From positions 44,217 through 108,216 of the forward strand of contig JAFNVC010000025.1 in assembly GCA_017379935.1 (NCBI GenBank): 64,000 nt of DNA, in the 5' to 3' direction. Below the pieces are notes generated by a model, which ran no database searches, had not been told where the DNA came from, and saw only the letters and a list, made by a program, of their open reading frames with translations. Shown here piece by piece: positions 45,917 through 53,445 of this stretch; the first letter of the stretch is position 1; every line of letters begins with the position of its first letter. A program made the translations under genes and the position numbers. This stretch comes from Clostridia bacterium. Lineage in GTDB: Bacteria > Bacillota > Clostridia > Oscillospirales > Acutalibacteraceae.

Positions 45917-47925
45917 AAAACCTCTCCTAATGCACCCCTCGCCCACAGTATCCACTTCGAGCGGTCGAGCGGATTGACTCCTCGTCTCGGGCTGATATGC
46001 TCCTCCCCGTCACGGCATTCGCGGTAGCCGTAGAAGGACTGCGAAAGCACCGCCTTGCCCGAGGAAAGCGTTGCGAGACGCTCGGGGAAATTCATTGATG
46101 TTGCAACGGGCACTATTGCCTCAAGTGTTGCAATGCCCGAACGGATAACAGGCGCGTCATATTCTCCGCCCATTTTGATAATTTCCGAAAAGACCTTGCC
46201 CGAAAGCTCCTCGGGCGCGGTCACTCTGATTTTTAAGAGCGGCTCAAGGACAGTTGAGCCGATTTCCGACAGACCGTTCATAAATGCCATCGGCGTGCAT
46301 ACGAAAAAGTCGAGCGGATGCGTATGTATCGTATGGTGCTCACCGCCTACAAGCGTACATTTAAAGTCCGTTACCTCCCAGCCGTAAAGCCCCTGCTCAA
46401 GGCAGGAATTGAACGACGTACGGATATGCGACTGATACCTGTAAAAGCATTGATTTGACGGCAGTCTGCCGTGATACGAAACGCCGTATCCTCTCGGCAT
46501 CGGCTCGAACAAAAACTCGACAACCGCCCAGCACGGCTTCGGCATCGTGTACCTTGCCCTTGCAAAGCCCGTGCCTGACGGCGTTTCTTTATAAATGACC
46601 GTTGGCGGAGAAAAATCCGCCGAAAGGTCGTAGCGCTCCTTGAGAAGATTCGCAAGCACCTCGAGCTGAATTTTGCCCGTTGTGCTGATTGTGATTTCCT
46701 TTTGTCCGTTTTCCCATTTCGCATCGATGTAAGGCTCCTCGTCCGAAAGCTCAGCGAGTGCCGCCGCCAATGCAGGGATTTTAAGCGGATCTGAATCCGA
46801 CGGAGTCACCTTGACGCGCAAAAACGGATTGACAAGCCTTGCCGAATCGCTGACGGCAAGAGAGCCGATAAAATTACCTGTCCGCGCCGAAGGCAGACCG
46901 CAGACGGCGGCAACGTCACCGCCGACCAGAATACCCGTATCCGTACTGCGCGCGCCGCAGAATTTTTTAATCTGCGAAACCTTTTCCCTGACGGGCGGCT
47001 TCGCTTCAACCTCAACCGCATCCGTCTGAGCCGCCGATTTTTCCTCAGGTGTGAAAAGCTCGACCTCGTCACGGTTTGCGATTTCTCCGCCGAAAAGACG
47101 GATGTGCGAGATTTTTCCGAGCGTTTTGTCATGCTCAATTTTAAAAATTATTCCGCAAAGTTCATCGGTCGCCCTGCGGGTTGAATCGGGCATAAATTTC
47201 ACGAGAGTGTCGGCAAAATCCTCGATACCTATTGCGTATTTTGCACTGCCGAAAACAACGGGTGTCAGCCTGCACGCCGAAATCTCTTCGCGCACAAGCT
47301 CCATCGCCCTTTCGCAGGAAAGCAGCTCATCACAAAGAAAAGCATCCGCCGCCTCATCACATATATCGGCAAGCGCCTGCGTCGTGCGAAGGCGGAATTC
47401 TTCACCGTCAGCAAGGCTCACCCTCGGATTTTCCTGCCCCTCATTTTCAATATCGGACAGCACGAGATATGCCTGCGAGGTAATGCTTTTAAGCTCGTTT
47501 ATCACGCATTCGGTATCCGCGCCCGTTCTGTCAATTTTATTGATAAAAACAATTCTCGGCAGCTTTGCCGTGTCGAGTAATTTCAAGATGTTCTCCGTAT
47601 GAGCGCGCACGCCCTCAACAGCAGAAACAATAACAACGGCGTAATCGAGGGCAGAAATCGCACGCTCGACCTCACCCGCAAAGTCGATGTGACCGGGAGT
47701 GTCGATGATATTTATTGTAACACCCTTCCACTCGGCAGAGGCCGTCGCAGTACGCACGGAAATGCCCCTCTGCTTTTCAACAGAAAGGCTGTCAGTTGCC
47801 GCCGTGCCTGCATCAACGCTTCCCGCATTGCGGATTGCGCCCGTCAGATACAGCAGCTGCTCAGTCAGAGTCGTCTTTCCCGAGTCAACGTGAGCAAGTA
47901 TTCCTATATTGTGAAAGGTTGCCAT
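45913..47925 (-). CDS. TetM/TetO-family ribosomal-protection-like translational GTPase
   Basis: 670 aa. 'NIGILAHVDSGKTTLTE', 'GSVDAGTAATDSLSVEKQRGIS', 'DTPGHIDF', 'INKIDR'. Collinear RPP-type blocks: 'ELCGIIFKIEHD', 'PPTVIYKETP', 'EQGLYGWEVTD', 'VLEPLLKI', 'SPRRGVNPLDRSKW' (compare Tet(M) as recalled). Confidence 0.75.
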   Translation of the reverse strand: MATFHNIGILAHVDSGKTTLTEQLLYLTGAIRNAGSVDAGTAATDSLSVEKQRGISVRTATASAEWKGVTINIIDTPGHIDFAGEVERAISALDYAVVIVSAVEGVRAHTENILKLLDTAKLPRIVFINKIDRTGADTECVINELKSITSQAYLVLSDIENEGQENPRVSLADGEEFRLRTTQALADICDEAADAFLCDELLSCERAMELVREEISACRLTPVVFGSAKYAIGIEDFADTLVKFMPDSTRRATDELCGIIFKIEHDKTLGKISHIRLFGGEIANRDEVELFTPEEKSAAQTDAVEVEAKPPVREKVSQIKKFCGARSTDTGILVGGDVAAVCGLPSARTGNFIGSLAVSDSARLVNPFLRVKVTPSDSDPLKIPALAAALAELSDEEPYIDAKWENGQKEITISTTGKIQLEVLANLLKERYDLSADFSPPTVIYKETPSGTGFARARYTMPKPCWAVVEFLFEPMPRGYGVSYHGRLPSNQCFYRYQSHIRTSFNSCLEQGLYGWEVTDFKCTLVGGEHHTIHTHPLDFFVCTPMAFMNGLSEIGSTVLEPLLKIRVTAPEELSGKVFSEIIKMGGEYDAPVIRSGIATLEAIVPVATSMNFPERLATLSSGKAVLSQSFYGYRECRDGEEHISPRRGVNPLDRSKWILWARGALGEVL

Positions 47926-47937
47926 TGGTTTTGCTCC

Positions 47938-48267
47938 TTAAAAAATGCCTTTGTTATACTTCTTCATCGCGCGGAACATAATTACAAATCCTACCGCCAT
48001 GCCGATAATCATAACAACTGAACCGATTATCATAAAAAGCTGATTGCCCGTCTTAAGAGTAACGGCTGACATACCGCTGAAAAAGATAATCGATATTCCG
48101 ACGATAATCATTCCGATTCCGACCCTTTTCCCGAAGGGCAGAATATCCTCCTCTGCAACGCGGTTGCGGTGATAGGAATGAAGCATAGATATATTTCCTC
48201 GCATATTCATAATGCCGATAACAATACAAACAACACCGACAACAGCCGTCATTAAAAATTCTGACAT
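47938..48267 (-). CDS. small integral membrane protein (3 TM), unknown function
   Basis: 109 aa, hydrophobic. RBS GGAGGAG. No motif recognised. Confidence 0.5.
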   Translation of the reverse strand: MSEFLMTAVVGVVCIVIGIMNMRGNISMLHSYHRNRVAEEDILPFGKRVGIGMIIVGISIIFFSGMSAVTLKTGNQLFMIIGSVVMIIGMAVGFVIMFRAMKKYNKGIF

Positions 48268-48282
48268 AACGTCTCCTCCGAT

Positions 48283-48903
48283 TTAAAAGCCGTTTATTTC
48301 TCTGTACTTTCTTTCAAAAAGCGCCCTGTCCTGCAGGAGAGTATCTATATATTTTCTGAAAACGGTGTATTCCCCGTCCTCAACATAATGCTTCGCATAT
48401 CCCTCCCTGCCGTACTTGTCGAGCGTATGCGAGTAAGCGCGTTCAACAATCTGATCTGCCGTGCTTTCGGGGAAATATTTAAGCGTATATGCGTGAGTAC
48501 GGCGCAGAAACTCCTCAGCGTCGGTCGAACGGTCAGCGGAGGAAAGGATTTTTCCGTAATCACTCCGCGGCACTCCGTCAAGAGATGCGCGGTGATCCTC
48601 AATCGCTTCCTTGATGATAACGCGCTGTTCATCGGTAAAAAAACGCTTCATCTGCTCATCCGCAAAAAAGATTTCAGCAGAGAGCTTTTCGTGATTTTTC
48701 TTGTCGATATGATGCGCGATATCGTGATAAACCGCCGCCGCGTATACCATATCGGTATCTGCACCCTCGAGCTGTCCTGCAAAAGCAAGGCTTCGCCGTA
48801 TTACGTACTCTATATGCTCCGCCGAATGTCCGCTGTCGTTTTTCGCGTATTCGGGGAGGATTTTTTCTGTCAAATATTTCTGCAATTCGGGATTTATCTG
48901 CAT
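48283..48903 (-). CDS. HD-domain phosphohydrolase
   Basis: 206 aa from the ATG at 48903. 'HSAEHIEYV...VYHDIAHHID' is an H..HD metal motif. Confidence 0.7.
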   Translation of the reverse strand: MQINPELQKYLTEKILPEYAKNDSGHSAEHIEYVIRRSLAFAGQLEGADTDMVYAAAVYHDIAHHIDKKNHEKLSAEIFFADEQMKRFFTDEQRVIIKEAIEDHRASLDGVPRSDYGKILSSADRSTDAEEFLRRTHAYTLKYFPESTADQIVERAYSHTLDKYGREGYAKHYVEDGEYTVFRKYIDTLLQDRALFERKYREINGF

Positions 48904-48907
48904 AAAA

Positions 48908-49579
48908 TCACCACACAAAGGGTATCAGTCTGTATTTTACCTTGTTCTTATATTCCGCGTAGCCGTCAAGCTCTCTTGTCAGAAGCTCCTCCTCGTTTTT
49001 GATGCGCTTAGCGATGATGAACGGATACGCAAGGAAAATCACAAACGAAATCGCTGAGCCGAGAACGAGCGGCATCGAAAGAAACAGGAGCAGGGTCACG
49101 GCATACATCGGATGTCTCACGATGCCGTAAAGCCCCGTGTCGATAACCTTCTGCCCCTCCTGTACCTCAACCGTGCGCGAAAGATAGGTGTTCTCGCGCA
49201 GAACCTCGGCGTAAAGCGCATAAGCAGCAAGGAATACCGCCGCCGCGCCGATCGTAACGCCCTTAGGAAGAGGAAGCCATCCGAAGCGGAAATCCAGCCC
49301 CGCAATGATGAAGCCCGCAATAAACATCAGTCCGCTGAGCTTGACAACGAGGCTCTGCTCGTTTTCCTTTTCCTTCGCGTTGAGGCGTTTTTTAAGCAAA
49401 TCAGGATTTTTGAACATCATCACGATTCCCGCCAGGAGCATCGGCACGAAAAGCACACCCATAAACAGCCAGCCACCGAAAAATTTCAGCGTTCCTGCAG
49501 GCAGGAAAATCAATACGCCGACGAGAATGATGCCGAGCAAAAGCTTGGCAATCGCCTGCACGAATAATTTTTTGTTCAT
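48908..49579 (-). CDS. membrane methyltransferase of the ICMT / phospholipid methyltransferase family
   Basis: 223 aa from the ATG at 49579 (RBS AGGGTGA). 5-6 TM helices and 'GLYGIVRHPMYAVTLLLFLSMPLVLGS'. Confidence 0.7.
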   Translation of the reverse strand: MNKKLFVQAIAKLLLGIILVGVLIFLPAGTLKFFGGWLFMGVLFVPMLLAGIVMMFKNPDLLKKRLNAKEKENEQSLVVKLSGLMFIAGFIIAGLDFRFGWLPLPKGVTIGAAAVFLAAYALYAEVLRENTYLSRTVEVQEGQKVIDTGLYGIVRHPMYAVTLLLFLSMPLVLGSAISFVIFLAYPFIIAKRIKNEEELLTRELDGYAEYKNKVKYRLIPFVW

Positions 49580-49593
49580 AAAATCACCCTGAA

Positions 49594-51489
49594 TCAATGG
49601 AAAATGTTATAAACAAAGCCTAATGCCTTATAAAGTCTGATTGCAATCGGATTAAGGACATCCCAGAACCATTCCTCGTAAAGCGTTGTCCACTTTGACG
49701 GAACTCTGTAAAGATACAGCAGCTCGCAATCGGAAAGCGGCAATCCGCCCTCGGAAAACACTCTGACGCCCATTTCCTTTAAATCATTGTAAAGCCTTTC
49801 GCTCGCATTCATATAAACATACGGGAACTTCCATCTTGAAAATTCACCGCACTTGTTGGCGCATTTCCAATATCTCCACGAAAGCTCCGAGCGGAGTATC
49901 TGCTGAAGCTGTTCATCTGTCTGTGCCGCCGCCTTTGCCTTTTCCCAAAGCTCGTCACAATGACTGATATCCTTTTTCTTCATATCGTAAAGGGTTGCCG
50001 TCGACGCCTGATAAATCGAAAGATGCTTGCGATTTGTGACAGCGTGCGCTGTTGTAATGTCGATAAATTCGCGGATATATTTTCCGCCCTCACCGTAAAC
50101 AGCATTGAGGTAGCCGTCCATTTCCGCACTGTAATCAAGATACGGATTCTGCATAAGCTTTGAAAGAAGGTAGGTTCGCAGCTCACCGAACTCTGCATCG
50201 CAATCCGCGATGTAATAGTTGCCCTCTTCATAGACACCCTTTACGTTGTTCTCTGCAAAAATCTGAACGTTCCTCTGCATAACACCGAAATTGGGGAAAA
50301 TGCAGACTGTATCCCTGTAATTGTTGACATAGTCCCAGATATAAATTCTGTTACAGATTTTGCCCCATTCCTTAAGATCGTTCATAAAATCTGCATTCAG
50401 CTCACAGTCCTCATCGTCGAGCGTATGACCGAAGCAGCATTCAATCGAGCAAAGTCTGACGATAACGTCCTCACGTGGAACAACCTTCGTCGGAGCCTTT
50501 CTCGTATACTGATAAGCAAAGGTGTCAAAAACAATATTGTCATAACCGCCGTGTGCCTTGACTCTGCGCGCGATTTCGTTGACGAAGCTGATCATTGTGC
50601 CCGAATGTGAGCCGTTCTCCTCATCAACCGCCTTGCATTTATCACACTGGCAGAACATCTGATTATCGTGCTGAGTAAGAGACACAATCTGCATATCTGC
50701 ATCGGGATTGTGGTTTACCTCAAGAGCCGCAAGCACCTCAGCCGTAACGATATCCCTTACCTCTTCATTGGTAAGGCAAAGCTGCTTAGGAACTCTTTCA
50801 AGTCCGTGCAGGGCATAATACTCGGGATGCTCGTCGAAATAAAGCTCGGGCTTGCAATAAAAAGTCGCGAGCGTATGCGCAAAACTGCCGACATAGCCGA
50901 CGTGCGAGCCCTGCTCGGGGGTAAAGCTTCTGTAAACGCCGCCCGTAAGACCGTTTGCGAGCGAAAACTCGATATCGCGTGAGCTTGTGGTATCCGTTTC
51001 CGTGTATTCAAAATACGGGGTGTATTCAAAATCGATATCAGTCGGCACGGTAAGCGCTCCGTTTTCGGGAACAACGATAACCTCCGACTCGTACCAATGG
51101 CATCCGCAGTATTTTTCGAGGAAGGCATAAACGCCGTTTATCGTTCCCTTATTGCCCGCGCCGTCGATAATAATTTTATCCGACGATGATTTGATAATAT
51201 AGCTACCGTCCGCCTTGCCGGAAGGGTCAAAATCTGAGCGGTTTGTTGCGCCGACGCTGATTTCAAAAGAAGCCCCGTCGCCGTCGGTGATAATCGCGAT
51301 ATCGCCGCCGATGATTTCATCAAGGTAGTATTTAAGCCTTTGTGCGGCATATTTATCCGTCTGTGATGCGTTCTGCGCAATCACAATAACAGCATTCGCA
51401 ACGCCGAAGCCGTCAGCAGCTGTAGCCGCAACCGACAAACCGGCAGCCGCCGTCAATAATGCGAGTAAAACACTTATAATCTTCTTCAT
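49594..51489 (-). CDS. secreted DUF4838-like protein (GH20-b-like N-domain; putative glycan-active enzyme)
   Basis: 631 aa with a signal peptide 'LTAAAGLSVAATAADG'. 'GAGNKGTINGVYAFLEKYCGCHWY' is characteristic of DUF4838 proteins as I recall them. Confidence 0.55.
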   Translation of the reverse strand: MKKIISVLLALLTAAAGLSVAATAADGFGVANAVIVIAQNASQTDKYAAQRLKYYLDEIIGGDIAIITDGDGASFEISVGATNRSDFDPSGKADGSYIIKSSSDKIIIDGAGNKGTINGVYAFLEKYCGCHWYESEVIVVPENGALTVPTDIDFEYTPYFEYTETDTTSSRDIEFSLANGLTGGVYRSFTPEQGSHVGYVGSFAHTLATFYCKPELYFDEHPEYYALHGLERVPKQLCLTNEEVRDIVTAEVLAALEVNHNPDADMQIVSLTQHDNQMFCQCDKCKAVDEENGSHSGTMISFVNEIARRVKAHGGYDNIVFDTFAYQYTRKAPTKVVPREDVIVRLCSIECCFGHTLDDEDCELNADFMNDLKEWGKICNRIYIWDYVNNYRDTVCIFPNFGVMQRNVQIFAENNVKGVYEEGNYYIADCDAEFGELRTYLLSKLMQNPYLDYSAEMDGYLNAVYGEGGKYIREFIDITTAHAVTNRKHLSIYQASTATLYDMKKKDISHCDELWEKAKAAAQTDEQLQQILRSELSWRYWKCANKCGEFSRWKFPYVYMNASERLYNDLKEMGVRVFSEGGLPLSDCELLYLYRVPSKWTTLYEEWFWDVLNPIAIRLYKALGFVYNIFH

Positions 51490-51553
51490 AAAATCGCCTC
51501 CTGACTTAAAAATATAATACCATATAGGAATAATATTTTCAATTGAAAAAATG

Positions 51554-51581
51554 TTGACTTTTTCGTTGACTGTGCTATAAT
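51554..51581 (+). promoter_or_regulatory. SigA-type promoter of the ClC gene (TTGACT-16-TGcTATAAT)
   Basis: -35 at 51554-51559, extended -10 at 51573-51581. Confidence 0.6.
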
Positions 51582-51630
51582 TTCCGAGTTGCCGCTCAGG
51601 TAACGGATTTGCTTTTTTCAGGTGACTTGA

Positions 51631-52845
51631 ATGAAATTTAACGATAACAAAAATATATCCGAGGGCTTGCGCCGCTCTGCCGAATGCGCAGTGCTTCTCG
51701 GTGCCGCTATCCTTCTCGGCTTAATCGGCGGTGCAGTCGGCGGTTTGTTCGCACGGAGCATCACCTTTGTCAGTGATTTAAGAGCAGAAAACAGTTGGCT
51801 TATATATCTTCTCCCCGTCGGCGGTCTTGCTACCGTTGCGATATACAAGCTGACAAAAACCGAGGGTATCGGCACGGACCGTGCGCTCGAAAGCGCGCAG
51901 GGTGAGGCACGGACACCGATTCTGCTCATTCCCGCAATCTTCATTTCCTCCGTCATAACCCACCTTCTCGGCGGCTCAGCGGGCAAGGAGGGCGCGGCAC
52001 TCCAGCTCGGAAGCGGCTCGGCTGAGCTTGTTTCCAAAATAATTAAAGCGGACAGCAAAACCCGTTCAATTCTTACCATCTGCGGTATGTCGGCGCTTTT
52101 TTCCGCCGTTTTCGGAACACCTATCGGCGCCTGTGTTTTTGCACTCGAGGTTGCGGTAGTCGGTAGCTTCAACGCCGCCGCGATCTTTCCCGCGCTCGTT
52201 TCAAGCGTTACCGCTCATCTGATTTCAACGGCAATCGGTGCCGCGCACGAGAATTTTCTCCCCGAGGCAGTACCCGACACCTCACTTATTCCGCTCTTAA
52301 AAACTCTGGCAATCGCGGCGATCGTCTCGCTTGCAGCCAATGTCTTCTGCCGTCTTATGCATGGCGGTAAAAAGCTTTTTGCAAGCACGTTTAAAAATCC
52401 GTTTTTACGTATTTTCGTCGGCGGATGCGCAGTAATCGCGCTGACGCTTATCTTCGGAACAGATTATAACGGCGGCGGATTTTTTGTAATCGAGCGCATT
52501 TTCGAGGAAGGCACGGTTCGCCCCGAGGCTTTCCTTCTGAAAATTCTTTTCACCGTTATCACTATCAGCGCAGGCTACAAGGGCGGTGAGATTGTACCGT
52601 CATTTTTCATCGGTGCAACACTCGGCGCAACGCTTTCGGGACTTTTCGGCTTGCCGATGAGTTACTGTGCGGCTATCGGAATGACCGCATTTTTCGGCGG
52701 TGTAACGAACTGTCCGATTGCATCTGCGGTGATTGCGGTTGAGCTTTTCGGCGCAAACGGATTTATACTCTTTACCGCCGCGGCATTCGCAACGCGGGTA
52801 TTCTCGGGCAAGGTCAGCCTTTATAACAAACAGAAAACCGCTTAA
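51631..52845 (+). CDS. ClC-family voltage-gated chloride channel / anion:proton antiporter
   Basis: 404 aa, polytopic. 'GGSAGKEGAALQLG', 'FGTPIGACVFALE', 'GYKGGEIVPSFFIGA' match ClC selectivity-filter segments. Confidence 0.8.
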   Translation: MKFNDNKNISEGLRRSAECAVLLGAAILLGLIGGAVGGLFARSITFVSDLRAENSWLIYLLPVGGLATVAIYKLTKTEGIGTDRALESAQGEARTPILLIPAIFISSVITHLLGGSAGKEGAALQLGSGSAELVSKIIKADSKTRSILTICGMSALFSAVFGTPIGACVFALEVAVVGSFNAAAIFPALVSSVTAHLISTAIGAAHENFLPEAVPDTSLIPLLKTLAIAAIVSLAANVFCRLMHGGKKLFASTFKNPFLRIFVGGCAVIALTLIFGTDYNGGGFFVIERIFEEGTVRPEAFLLKILFTVITISAGYKGGEIVPSFFIGATLGATLSGLFGLPMSYCAAIGMTAFFGGVTNCPIASAVIAVELFGANGFILFTAAAFATRVFSGKVSLYNKQKTA

Positions 52846-52856
52846 AAAGCCGAAAG

Positions 52857-52884
52857 CGGAGACCGCTGAAGCAGTCTCCGTTTT
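52857..52884. terminator. bidirectional terminator
   Basis: CGGAGAC-10 nt-GTCTCCG followed by TTTTC. An A-rich run lies on the left. Confidence 0.7.
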
Positions 52885-52889
52885 CAATA

Positions 52890-53201
52890 TTATTTGCGTA
52901 TCAGATCTTTAACAAGTGTCGCGATTGTATCGAGCTGTTTATCGTCAAGACACTTGAGGTCTTTTATAATCGAATCGAGCTTTGTCGGATTTTTAGACTC
53001 CGTATCAAAAAATTCAGCGGGAGTTACACCGAGAAAATGACAAATGTAAAAAAATACCGTCATTGACGGGAAATTAACACCGTTCTCAACATTGTTAATA
53101 TAACCTGCACTCTGCCCTATCGATAAACTCATATCTCGTGCGGATACACCTTTGTTCATTCTTAATTCAACCAATCGTTTGATGAACTGCTCTTTCTCCA
53201 T
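52890..53201 (-). CDS. XRE-family HTH transcriptional regulator
   Basis: 103 aa from the ATG at 53201 (RBS AAAGGTGGGTGA, which the track start at 53222 would include). 'RLVELRMNKGVSARDMSLSIGQSAGYINNVENG'. Confidence 0.85.
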   Translation of the reverse strand: MEKEQFIKRLVELRMNKGVSARDMSLSIGQSAGYINNVENGVNFPSMTVFFYICHFLGVTPAEFFDTESKNPTKLDSIIKDLKCLDDKQLDTIATLVKDLIRK

Positions 53202-53220
53202 ACAACTCACCCACCTTTGC

Positions 53221-53232
53221 ATATAATTATAC
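53221..53232. promoter_or_regulatory. operator-like palindrome ATATAATTATAc (11/12), overlapping a minus-strand TATAAT for the XRE gene
   Basis: Read directly. Its centre lies 63 bp from the second copy. The minus-strand TATAAT is at 53226-53231, 25 nt upstream of the XRE ATG. Confidence 0.45.
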
Positions 53233-53276
53233 TAAACATATCGCTCATATTCGTCTAATTAAATCATCAATATGCA

Positions 53277-53305
53277 TTGACACATATAATTATATTAGAT
53301 ATAAT
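53277..53305 (+). promoter_or_regulatory. perfect consensus SigA promoter TTGACA-17-TATAAT with no annotated plus-strand gene downstream
   Basis: -35 at 53277-53282, 17-nt spacer, -10 at 53300-53305. Confidence 0.6.
53284..53295. promoter_or_regulatory. operator-like perfect 12-bp palindrome ATATAATTATAT inside the spacer of the plus-strand promoter
   Basis: Read directly. It lies between the -35 (53277-53282) and the -10 (53300-53305). Confidence 0.45.
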
Positions 53306-53311
53306 AGATAT

Positions 53312-53445
53312 ATATTCTATTTCAATTAGTATTATATGCAAAAGCTGTTATTTAAATCTTATTCGACGGCTATACACACGGTTGCTTTGATAGCGCGCTC
53401 GATAAGATAGCCCGACGAACTTCAGAAGTCCGTCGGGCATTTTTT
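53312..53445 (+). ncRNA. candidate transcript of about 130 nt (sRNA, or leader with a 24-codon ORF lacking an SD)
   Basis: Bounded by the consensus promoter and a strong plus-oriented terminator. Contains ATG 53336..TAG 53410 (MQKLLFKSYSTAIHTVALIARSIR) with no SD. The upstream CGACGG (53362-53367) could compete with the terminator 5' arm. Confidence 0.3.
53410..53445. terminator. intrinsic terminator (best U-tract on the plus strand; also ends the convergent HTH-SOR gene)
   Basis: GCCCGACG..ACT-loop-AGT..CGTCGGGC followed by ATTTTTT on the plus strand. On the minus strand it is followed by UAUCUUAUC. Confidence 0.75.

Noticed and set aside
51490-51630. Possible fluoride (crcB-motif) riboswitch upstream of the ClC gene
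   Set aside because: ClC-F genes are often fluoride-riboswitch controlled, so I looked for the GGnGAUGG...CUGAUGAUGCCU core. The roughly 45-nt leader after the TATAAT contains nothing like it. I also could not confirm CLC-F-specific filter residues.
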